Origin: Lingula anatina
Lineage: Eukaryota; Animalia; Brachiopoda
Assembly (NCBI GenBank): GCA_051362555.1
Contig: CM120648.1
Location: 6,816,587 to 6,880,586 of the forward strand
DNA: 64,000 nt
Direction of reading: 5' to 3'
Shown here piece by piece: positions 53,463 through 64,000 of this stretch. The translations under genes were made by a program, and so were the position numbers. Within the stretch, counting starts at the first letter, position 1, and each line of letters begins with the position of its first letter. The notes under the pieces were generated by a model. That model searched no databases. It had not been told where the DNA came from and was given only the letters and a program-made list of their open reading frames with translations.

Positions 53463-56400
53463 ATACAAATCATCAGTAGTTCTTTGAGGTAAGTTATAAT
53501 AGTCGCACTGTTGTGATTATGTAGGTATAGGCATTGTGCGCAAAATGTTGCAATATTCAAATGAAAATAAACAAAAAAAAAGGACCAATAAAAGGGATGA
53601 CAAATGACAATACACTTAGTTACAAAAGTAACTTAGAGAATTCGACCACCAGATGGATGACGGTTTCACATGACAGGCTCTTTTTAGCTAAATGATTAAA
53701 CGGTCTTATGCTGCTTGTTACTTTTGCATCTCTTCTAACCAGCTCTGCTTATCTTCCGTCATGTTTTTTTAACGCTCTTCATATATTTACTAAACAATTG
53801 TGTCGAATATGCGGACTCTGAATCCATGGCCGCATTCAGAACAACTTATCCGCCGACTAACTGGTGCGCTAATCAACCGAACCCACTTAAAAGCGATGCC
53901 GAATTATCCTCTAATGGTTTCCCTACCTACCTCACTCGCCAGCCCTGCAGGGGCCTACCTATTAAACCTCGGAGCCGAAACTTAATACTTTCAGTGGCTC
54001 GGCCCCTGCAGGCCTGTCGCGTGTAGGAGGCGGGGAGATTACAAAGGGATTATCCGACATGGCTTTCAAGTGGGGTTAGCCATATTTGATCAGCGGGCTA
54101 GTTAGTCTGAATGCGACCCAAGGTGACCGTTTCAATTCCTCCCAAACCAGCGTCATCTTATGAATCACAATTATGACGAAGCTCTTTAAACATTCTTATT
54201 GTCATCACCATTTTATATGCGTTGATATATATTTTTTTTTCTTTCAGCGCAGAGAAGAACTCTTGAATCCACTGCGTTCCTGGCTCTTAAAGACATCTTT
54301 ACTTGTCATTCGGCTATAAACATGAAATACTAGAACTTCAGCAATTTATATTACAATTTAATATGCAATGACTGTCAGTAAAATGCGATACAGACAATGG
54401 AGTTATACATACAACACAGGGAGCGCGTCTGCTACAAGAATCAGGGTATTTGAGTCAGGGATGTTTACGTACACTGTAACTCATACATGTACATATCTCT
54501 TTGATTGCGACGCATCAGTCATTTTACATGAAACTACCTTCATTTCATTGTACACTCAGGTGGAGTCTTCCTGGTGTCGATAAAGATGAAACAAATCCGT
54601 GTTTGTCTTTTCTGTTTTTGTTTAAAATGATGATAATAATAATGATAAGTGGTCACATTTGAAATTCTAGACATTCGTCATGCAGGATTTCTTCCTTTTG
54701 CTACGGCATGACTTTAATTTGTTTATACAAACGAGCTTTAACATATGAAATACAGTAAAATTATAACGACGGAAAATTAATTTGGTTTTTCTCTCCTTCT
54801 TTATGCTGGCATGACGGACACGGTATTTTTCACAAGGGGTTAAGTTTCACGCAGGGGCTTGTCATGCACAGAACACGTTCGCCTCGCAAAGCTATAGGCT
54901 TGTTTAATGACTTAATGACTTGAAATTTCAAAGGTGAGCGTGTGAGGCTTTGGCGACTTAACACCTTTAATTATACTTCAATAATATTTAACCTTTCATG
55001 AGAATAAAGATGCTTAAAAATGTTTGCATCAAAAAGTATCTATTAAACTGAAGTAGTGAGTGACTTCCTTTTCCTTCCCTCCCTCTCTCCCTCCCTCCAT
55101 CGTCGCCCTTCAAATCTAGATGCATACCCGATTGTTGAAACATTTGCACAACAATAACAATAATAATTAATATATGGACAGATTTGACAGCAAAAGGAAA
55201 TTGAAACCGTTACTCCCATGTTAATACAGTGAGGTCACGAAAACAGTATGAAGTCATCAATTGGTCAGTTACAGGCGTTCCTCTTTCCCTATATGTCCAA
55301 GTACAGTTCTGAACATCTATTTTCTTTCAAGACCTTTCGTAGCTATTATTAAATCCGTTTATTTTGCCATCATATAAATATGTTTTGTTTTTTTTTTTCA
55401 ATTCATCATCTCATATTTTCTTCTACCTTAATATTAAGTATCCTGGTTATTCGTTCAAACACGAAATATCCAACTCGTTTCTTAATGATATTCCATCACG
55501 AGTCTTCTGGACGGTAAGAAACGCTGTAGGCTTATTTAAAGTGACTTTGGAATTAGTAATCCAAATAATGAAATAACTTTTGAAATCGAAATTCAAACTT
55601 TATGTGGTTATATTTCTTTGCATTAACATAGAGAGAGAAGGTATTATATCGTAAGCGAATGCACAAAAGGATTGGCGATTATGTAAAATATAAATGGAAA
55701 TTTACAATATACAAAGCAAGAGAGAGGAGCAATATACGTGGGTCAAAGAACGCTGGTAATGAAACCACCAGTACAACGTGCATGTATTAAATTAAGAAAT
55801 AATCACATCTTATTTACAATAAAAAAGGCTTTAAACATTTAAAGTAATGAGAAAATTTAATCTTTTACTAGATCTTACTTGAAACGGAGATCACGACGTT
55901 TCGGCCTTGTCACAAGACACCCCGCGCAGACTGTCACCACATGACAACTCATTTCACCTGGAGAAGGCTTTGAGCTGAGCCTGGGTTTCCTTTTCAAGTA
56001 GAATCCAATATAAGATTTAATTTTTTTCAATATCTTAGTACAATACAACAGGATTTAGTCACTTCCTACCCTCTACCATGGCGCAAAGAGAATTTTCACT
56101 AGATATTTACTACTATTTATTACTAAAATACGCTGCCAGGAAATGTTTCAGCGTAGATTCTTAACAAACAAACAAACTAACTAACAAACAAATAAATGAG
56201 TAATAACAATGTTATTTGTCAACAATCCCAGCTAGAGAGCGTGTGCAACGGACTACAATACCACAATCAGGTCTGCCATCATACAGGTTATTATTCAATT
56301 AAAAGAGCAATGAAGATATAACTATTTGACTTTGCCTTTCATCTACCTTATAATAGATTCTTTGCGGTCAAGAACCACACGTACTCTTGTAATACCACCG

Positions 56401-56833
56401 TCGTCAGTCGACACTACAGGGAAATATGGATACAAAATTATTGCATTTTTAATGTGTTTTTTAATATTATGAAGGGAATTATCACGATCGCGGTTTGTGA
56501 AATCTTTTTAAGGTTCCGCAAATTGCATCTTACAAACATTCATCGACAGGGGCTAACGATGGGCGTTGCAGATATTCAACGATGTCATAACTTGTACTTG
56601 AAAAAAGCATTTTCTTATTTTGAATTAGTTTAAATCACCCACAAAACTGTCCAATCACTTGCCAGCTTTCCACGGAAATACGGAAATAACCCTGTTGAAT
56701 GCTAGTACACACACGTCACCCGCCATGACAATAAATCACCGGCTGATGATTTCCGTGAGTTTGGTCAATAACTGACAATGACCACAGTGAACCGCTATAC
56801 CCCGTCGGCACGCAACCTCCCCCATCAGCTGTC

Positions 56834-56840
56834 TATAAAA
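56834..56840 (+). promoter_or_regulatory. Candidate TATA box of Gly-rich gene C
   Basis: CTATAAAA ~150 bp upstream of the ATG at 56988. Confidence 0.5.
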
Positions 56841-56987
56841 TGACCGCCCCTCGCTGACACATGCCGAGAACGCTCTTGGCTCCATTTGAATCTTTGCCCA
56901 CGAGGCAATCCCGTCTGCAGCGCTTACAATACCGTGTGTACCAATTTGAGTTTCTGCTGGAACTCTTCTGCTACGATCACCAAAACA

Positions 56988-57533
56988 ATGTGGAAACAAC
57001 TTCTGATTCTCGGCCTGGTGGTTACCGGGACCATCGCTCAGGGCTATACACGTCCGAGAGGTTTCTTTAACCGTCTTGGCGGCAGAAGGAACAACCTGCT
57101 GCTAGGTGGCGGCGGTGGAGGAGGAGGTGGAGGCGGAGGAGGAGGAGGTAGTAATGGAGGATTTGGTTTCGGCGCCGGCTTTGGAAGCGGCTTTGGCAAC
57201 AATGGCGGCGGCGGAGGAGGAGGCGGCGGTGGCGGCGGCGGGGGTGGTGGCGCCGGAAATGGATACGGCTTTGGGGCCGGATTCGGAAGTGGATATGGTG
57301 GTTCCAGCGGCGGCGGAGGCGGTGGCGGTGGTGGCGGCGGTGGTGGTGGGGCCGGAAACGGATACGGCTTCGGGGCCGGATTTGGAAGTGGATATGGTGG
57401 TTCCAGCGGTGGTGGTGGCGGCGGTGGCGGAGGCGGTGGTGGCGGCGGCAGTAACGGAGGCTCCGGATTTGGCGCCGGATTTGGCTACGGCTCCGGCAGA
57501 GGGTACAATGCCAGATATGGACGCCGCTACTGA
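56988..57533 (+). CDS. Secreted glycine-rich protein C (181 aa)
   Basis: AAACAATG start; signal peptide MWKQLLILGLVVTGTIA; repeats of poly-G alternating with NG(Y/G)GFGAGFGSG(Y/F)G; C-terminal YNARYGRRY. Donor tag|gtaagt at 57575, acceptor at 57965, AATAAA at 58321. Confidence 0.9.
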   Translation: MWKQLLILGLVVTGTIAQGYTRPRGFFNRLGGRRNNLLLGGGGGGGGGGGGGGGSNGGFGFGAGFGSGFGNNGGGGGGGGGGGGGGGGAGNGYGFGAGFGSGYGGSSGGGGGGGGGGGGGGAGNGYGFGAGFGSGYGGSSGGGGGGGGGGGGGGSNGGSGFGAGFGYGSGRGYNARYGRRY

Positions 57534-59312
57534 TGTAGTTTAATACGCTGATGCTAAAGATGTAGTAACAATTAGGTAAGTTGCCTTCCGTTCATTTAAT
57601 TATTTGCATTTCATTCGTCTTATAGCTTAAATTTCTTAATTAAATTTTTTGCTTTATTATATAATTACAATGCAAAAACCTTACAGTGTTTTCATTTTCA
57701 TGCACTTTTCAATATTTTCTGGAATAAATATATACAGGGATGTTCTTTTTCATTAGCAAGTTACATGTTAAAAGGAATTATTCTGCTTTCTCTCACCATA
57801 TTTGCGTGCAATATTTTTGAATAGCATATTGACATATAATGCTAAAGAAAAATTGTCTTTACACTGACACTACGAACACTTCAAACACTACTGACACTAC
57901 ACTACACTACAAAGATCAACAGAAAGATCATAAAAGATTAATAAAAAGTTTTCATTTCATTTCAGAATTGGATTTGGACGCTGGCGAAAGTTTACATCTA
58001 GAAAGTTGAGTCCAACACGTGAAATGAATCTCTTAACGGCTCAGGAATTTTAGTAGCCATAAAATGACCAAACGATTCACAATGTGTTCATTAGACATAG
58101 TTACGTGACAATACAGCAGCCGGTGAAAATGTTAAATGATTGCGGTGGATGCAAATATCAAATATGATCGAGCGAAAATTAAAAACATTTGACCGACGCC
58201 ATTTTGCTTAACTTTGCTGAACAAGGGTCTCTTGCGCTTTTTCTTTGATTATGGTATTATGTTATCTATTCGGTTCGTATTTGTGCATGTACTTTTCACT
58301 TAATTTTTATATCAAGACTGAATAAATTTTCTGTACAATTCCTATGAGTTTTGTCGAGTTATGGGCGTCTTAGTAGGTTACATTCCCCGACTAGTACGTA
58401 TTTTGTTGTGAAAACATTGAAGTACTTTTTTTAACTTTTTATTACAAAAAACTGACTTTTATCAAATCTTTCTTTCCAAGCAACCATAGTACTATTTGTA
58501 AGATAGTTCAGAAGGTTTTTAGCAGTTTGCTATGCAGCCTGGTAAATTACCAACGCTAAACGGGATATTGTTATTTCGGCAAGCATTTGGGGAAAATGAG
58601 CAAACTAAGCCCCATGGAATCGAAAGCGGGCATGCTAGTTATGTCTTTGATTTGCAATACTTTTGTCACCTAACAAAAACTTATTCTTTCAAAGATTTGA
58701 TCTCTTGAGATACGAGATACTCGAAAAAACAGGAAACTGTTTCTAGAAGTTTTTTTCGCAAAAATACAAAAATCGTATTTTCCTTGTGCCTTGGTCAATT
58801 TTCTATCACTTATGGATCATCAAAGGTTGTGAGTTCTACATGTATGTCTAGCCCACCATGCAAATAGTCGTTTTTAAGATAGGTGTCTCTTTAATACACT
58901 TGTGCGCTTTTATGCAGTTCTTGCATTATCAACCTGCGAATTAGTTGAGAACAGGGTGGTGCATACTTCTATTACTAAAATTGGATTATTATTTGCAATT
59001 AGTTGATAGTTATTTGAAAAGAAAATGGAGGGATGTAATGCTCAGATAACGATAAATTCCTACACTGCGGTGTGCTATATACCTTTATAATTACAGTAGA
59101 GAGAAGAAATTACAAATTCTTTGAATATTCTTCTATTAGCTTTGACCCTCAAAACATTAAGGAAATTTATGATTTACAACAGTAAGAGCGAAATACAATT
59201 TTCCGAAAATTATTTAATAAGTCTTGTCAAACTAACGACCCATGGTCAGCAAAGAATTCATAATGCATATGTAGAAAATCATTCTTGCATGGTCCGGCAT
59301 TATGTTTTCTAT

Positions 59313-61014
59313 TCATGGGATCAAAGCCTCTTCTCCTCTTTTGCCGATAAGATGGATCTGTGGAAGAGGCTCTGGAAAGAGAAACAAACGTTAAAATTTT
59401 TACAAGCGTAACATAGGTTAAACTTTATCGTTTTCTATAAGAAAATCAAATTAATTTGATATTTACACACGCAAATTAAGGCATGTGATTCAGTAAATGG
59501 GGTTTTACAGCAAATTTACATGTACCCAATTAAAAAAAAATATCCAAGTTGAATCAGCTAGATAATTTAAGGAACGATCAGTTGATGTGTATGTGTAGAT
59601 AGGTGTGACCTTACCGTCACTGCATTCAATCCCTACATCATTATCGTGGTTGCAATACGCATACCCCCATTTCAAGTATAAGGGACACTGAACGATAGAT
59701 TGCTCAGTTCCATCACAAACCAAACGCCTTAGCCACACAGGAGAATATGCAGGCATTTTCCCAAGTTTTCCTTTTGTAAAGAACTGCGTAGCGTTCTTAA
59801 AGCCAAGTTGACGACATAACACTCTGGCAGCGTCCATGTTCATGTTGTAATCACAAAGTGACCCCCATACGTCGTTGTGCCACAGGTTAACGACACCAGA
59901 GTATACGTGACCGAAGCGACTTGTATTTGTAGATGGATGGAGTTGAACAATAGTTCCTGCAAAATCAAGTTAATGTGGCTAACGTGTCAGTAGTATAATG
60001 AATATTGTCCTGTATGTAGCTGTTATTTTCTCTAAACAAAACCGTGAGTGCTTTGACCAAATACGTAAATCTTGGAAAAATTGAGAGTCCATACCGTCAT
60101 TAAAAATAATAATAATAACCGAGAGAGAGAGGAAAGAGAGTCTAAATAATTCATGCTAAAGCTTATTGAGGGCAGTTTTGAATACAGGTTATAAAGTCTG
60201 GGCATTTTAGGCATACATGTACACGATATAAACAGTAGACATTAGACTTAAACTGTGATGCATTTTTTCAAGCATATAAAAAAGTAGAAAATAAATATCA
60301 TACTTACCACAGTTCATCTCATCTTCGGGCATTTCACTTCTGGACCCCCCGCAGTCAGGGACTTGGTCACAATATAGACGACGAGGAAGACACATGTCGT
60401 CTTTAGAGCAACGAAAGTAACCTCTGGGACAATCCCCTGAAATACACTACTAGATATTGGCATTACAATTTATTGCCCTGAATTTTAACGTTTCCTCAAT
60501 GTGGTTATTCATCAGGCTACATTCAGCAACTAAATGTTGACAATTTTTTGCATCTACATGTATGATATTCAGTATTTATTCCAGTAATATCTATAAACAA
60601 AACTACCATCTTACCACACATCCGTTCATCAGATCCGTCTCCACAGCTATCATATCCATCGCAGATGTTTGATTTCGACACACACTTGCCATTGTCACAA
60701 GCGAATTGACTCCCATAGCACTTAGCTGTTATATTCGACGGCAAAAATAAATATTTGAAAAAAGTTAACCAAGAAAAGCCATTATACCGCGGCAGACAGC
60801 GGTAAGATTTTGGGCGAGACACAAAAATATTTTTGCAATGTGGCACTTTGCAGTTCTTACTACTAGAACATCAAACAGGTGTCAGTGGGCATCGGTGTAT
60901 GCAATTTATACCCCTCTTTAATGGGCTGGGGCCTAAATCAGCTTTTTTAAAATCAGATAATGTTAGGAACGGAATTCACTACGTTATCTACCACCATTCT
61001 TTGTATGTATGTAT

Positions 61015-61045
<31 letters not shown>

Positions 61046-61831
61046 TGTTTTTGAACACATATCTTTTTTTTATTCATTATTATTAATATATATTTTTGAA
61101 CATATATATTTTTGTTTAAAACACGTGTTCGTATAAACACTATTTCTAAATATAATGGATATTCCAAAAGAATATTGAAGCTACGATTTTAATAATTTTA
61201 AACTAAGACAAACGAAATGAAAATTATACCCTAGTCTCAAGCTTCTATTTATTGATTTTAGTATGATCTTGAACTATTGTATGTATCTTGTAACAAGTAG
61301 ATATTTTACATGTACTTCTCTTATCATATTCAGTGTAAAATGTTCTAATGGTTCTATATTCTAAAATTAACAAAGGAAAAAATGCAAACCTCTGACCATG
61401 CACTGAAGAGAAAATGCATTGTGCTTCCTCCAACCATCACAACACCGATACCGTGTTGTATAATTCACTCTGAAAAAAATACATCTATTATACATCAAAT
61501 TATTATACATCAAGGAAGAAACGCATACCTCTGACCATGAAGAGAATATGCAGACAAAACAGTCCGTGTAAATTCAATGTAGTAGAAAGTATCTATTTCT
61601 AACAGTTTACAGCTGTGAGGTGATCATTTGTAAATAAAAGTACATGGAAATGGGGTGGGACAACCTTTTTGACCGATGTTGTATGTTTTGAAATATTGAA
61701 TACAATTTTGAATTCATTCATTTTTATTTTTTGACACTTCAGCATGTGAAATGCACCTCTATATTGGGTTTGGGTGAATACTGCATTAATACATGATTGA
61801 GTATTTCAAATATCAATATCTATCCTACATG

Positions 61832-61869
<38 letters not shown>

Positions 61870-62554
61870 GCTCTCACAGAGGTTTTCCGTTGCTGTCCTT
61901 GGTCTCCACTCGGTATTGGTAAGTGCATACGTTGGACCTGAAAAACATTTTAGTTATTTTTTATTTCCAGCACTCTTATATGCCTACTTGAGCTATTTAT
62001 TTCGAACTTATTAAAACCTGTAAAGCTACCTCTGTACTTATCTTTTCCAATTGAGCTCTTTAAGATAGCAAACCTATCAAATAAAAGTACCTGTCGACAC
62101 TTGCTTATAAACTGCATAGGAAGACATTGAGTTGTAAATAACTGGCCAGGCATTAAGTGTTCAATCATTTAATTAAAGATAGAATGAAACATTGAATCCA
62201 AGTGCATGGCCATGACGACCCTGGTTCGTGAGTAAGAGGATATTGGTATTTTCCAGGTGAAAATTCATTTTGACTGGTAAATCCCGTTCAGAGTTCCTTT
62301 GTCTTTTGGAAACCAACAGAAAGGACTCTTGCATACTTTTGCATTTGCATTCATTTAATTGAACTAATATTTTTTCATTAAATCACGTGTTTTCATTCAC
62401 CATGTGGACAACAAGCGCGCGAACTGTCGTTAACTGAACCTTACCCGGAAGAGTGCAGAGTCATGGCGGACTGTTGAATGTGCCCATTGGAATTGCCACT
62501 CAGGAAAAGCAAACTGCATAGCAAAAACCCAAATTTGATATATGGTCGCTCCAT
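59313..62554 (-). CDS. Secreted EMI-like + 2xLDLa + SRCR protein, ~296 aa (exons 62554-62445, 61937-61878, 61469-61390, 60725-60615, 60436-60308, 59956-59615, 59371-59313)
   Basis: Signal peptide [27 protein letters not shown]-like GSNVCTY...RYRCCDGW...QC. LDLa [32 protein letters not shown] and CPRGYFRC...CDQVPDC...EDEMNC. SRCR WGSLCD...[10 protein letters not shown]...[16 protein letters not shown]...[11 protein letters not shown]. Tail [18 protein letters not shown]. 891 nt in frame. Confidence 0.88.
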
Positions 62555-62974
62555 GATTCATACAGGTATGCTAGGTTTAGTCGCTAGTTTTAGGTTAATA
62601 TACGCAAATCAGAGGTCAAAATGCGTACCATCAGTTGAAAACATGACAAAATATATGATATCTTCTTTAGATATTGGGAACGTGACTCTCGCCTTATGCT
62701 TAATAAACTCATTCAGGTCTATATGTATCGTGGGCAACTGTACAGCTATGCATAAAAAGGACAGCAAAACACACATGGAAAATACAGAAATAACCGCCCA
62801 AGTTAAAGTGAGCAGCCCCGCAACAGTATAATGTTAACTACAGCGTGGCGATATCAAGAGGCATCTGCTTTTTTTCCCACTTCTTTAAAGGTATATGCTG
62901 TACAAATGTACAAGGGACTGATCACCGCATGTACGTACTTGACTGTGTTCTTAGTTATGTCTTTGAGCAGGACA

Positions 62975-63123
62975 CAGGGCCGTAGCCTCCGGGGGGGGCA
63001 GGGGGGGCAGCTGCCCCCCATGGAATTTGGAATTTTACACACCACACCCTCCCCCCTCGGTAGCTTCGCCTCCTCGTGTCCGCTTACTGCCCCCCCTGGC
63101 ATTTTGCTCAGGCTACGGCCCTG
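62975..63123. mobile_element. CAGG-terminal MITE
   Basis: 13-bp TIR CAGGGCCGTAGCC / GGCTACGGCCCTG; exact 6-bp direct repeat AGGACA on both sides. Confidence 0.85.
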
Positions 63124-63278
63124 AGGACAACTACTAAATCATCAACCATAAATATACAGTTAATGTTTCTGTCCTTTTTGTTTTCATTATCTTATCATTA
63201 GTTTTCTTCGAATTTAATTACAGACTATAAGTGTCTCCAAGAGTCATCATTTTTGAGCGAGATCTGTCTTTTTTTTTA

Positions 63279-63327
63279 ACTTTTGTGATACATGGTCTAG
63301 ACAGTCTAGACCATGTATCACAAAAGT
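63279..63327. repeat. Perfect 24-bp-arm palindrome with 1-nt spacer
   Basis: ACTTTTGTGATACATGGTCTAGAC-A-GTCTAGACCATGTATCACAAAAGT. Confidence 0.9.
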
Positions 63328-64000
63328 GTCATGTTTTGATCAGAAAATGACAATAGCTTTCCTTTTATATTGTTTTTAAAAACATTTTCACCCTGAGTTA
63401 TTTGACTCGAACTTTGACCACTAGCATGTGGTGATTGTAGCAGCAATACCTAGCTTTCAGTAACCTCGGACGCTCAGGGTGCAGAAATTGGCCTTTTCGT
63501 GTGAATGAGCTAAATTTTGGATTTGACACAAAAAATTAATTCGCACGTGCACTCCAATGACAACATTGAATGCGTCCACTACGCATCTTTAAACGACTTG
63601 CAAGGGCCTACTGCTCTTCATTTTATTACACATTAAAGGGATAATAACTCTTCGCATGAGATCTATTTTTTAACAATAAAAACATTGTGAACAACTCATA
63701 GAAATATAATACATTCTATTTTACCACAAAAACGGCATTACTATTATTATTATTCTGATATCTGAGCTTGTCTTCAGACCACGTGACCTCCATTGATGGC
63801 TATACTCTGTTAGAATCTCTTAAGAGATTTTAACAAAAAACCAAACTTTTTAGAAAAAAAAAACAGGGACTAACTTTGAATGTAAAAATAGATTCATTAA
63901 CCATTGGTAAGTATGGGAAAATTGTTGTTTACTCTAGGAAAATTCATTTTTGGCCAAAACGACCGCAAATCAAGGAAGTGAAAATATTCACGGTCCAGTA

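Noticed and set aside
52913-53560. Pro-rich - strand ORF and Ala/Glu-rich alternative-frame ORFs over the Gly-rich genes
   Set aside because: Shadows of GGN repeats; only the Gly frame has a signal peptide and a good start context.
58370-58895. Possible TTAA-flanked Kolobok/piggyBac-like remnants (also near 63634)
   Set aside because: Only one terminus is recognisable in each case; no paired TIRs or transposase.
1-64000. CRISPR arrays, prokaryotic operons, tRNA or rRNA genes
   Set aside because: Sequence is eukaryotic with spliceosomal introns; no repeat-spacer array or RNA-gene signature was seen.

Overview
AT-rich, intron-containing animal genomic DNA, most likely a lophotrochozoan such as a mollusc (inferred from gene families and repeats, not proven). 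I rebuilt spliced gene models by hand from GT-AG sites and codon phase. From left to right: (1) the 5' part of a C2H2 zinc-finger gene (-); (2) a 3-exon, 128-aa orphan gene (-); (3) a tandem array of four type-I membrane receptors (+), each with signal peptide, C-type lectin domain(s), Thr/Pro mucin stalk, TM helix and a tyrosine-rich tail (FxNPxY-like, YxxL/I pairs, YxxM); (4) two paralogous VWA genes (-), one a secreted VWA+CTLD protein and one a probably GPI-anchored VWA; (5) three small secreted Gly-rich proteins with basic C-termini, each with an intron just after the stop codon; (6) a 7-exon secreted EMI-like/LDLa/LDLa/SRCR gene (-). Between them lie several MITE families, a candidate solo LTR, palindromes and microsatellites. 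No rRNA, tRNA or CRISPR features were seen.
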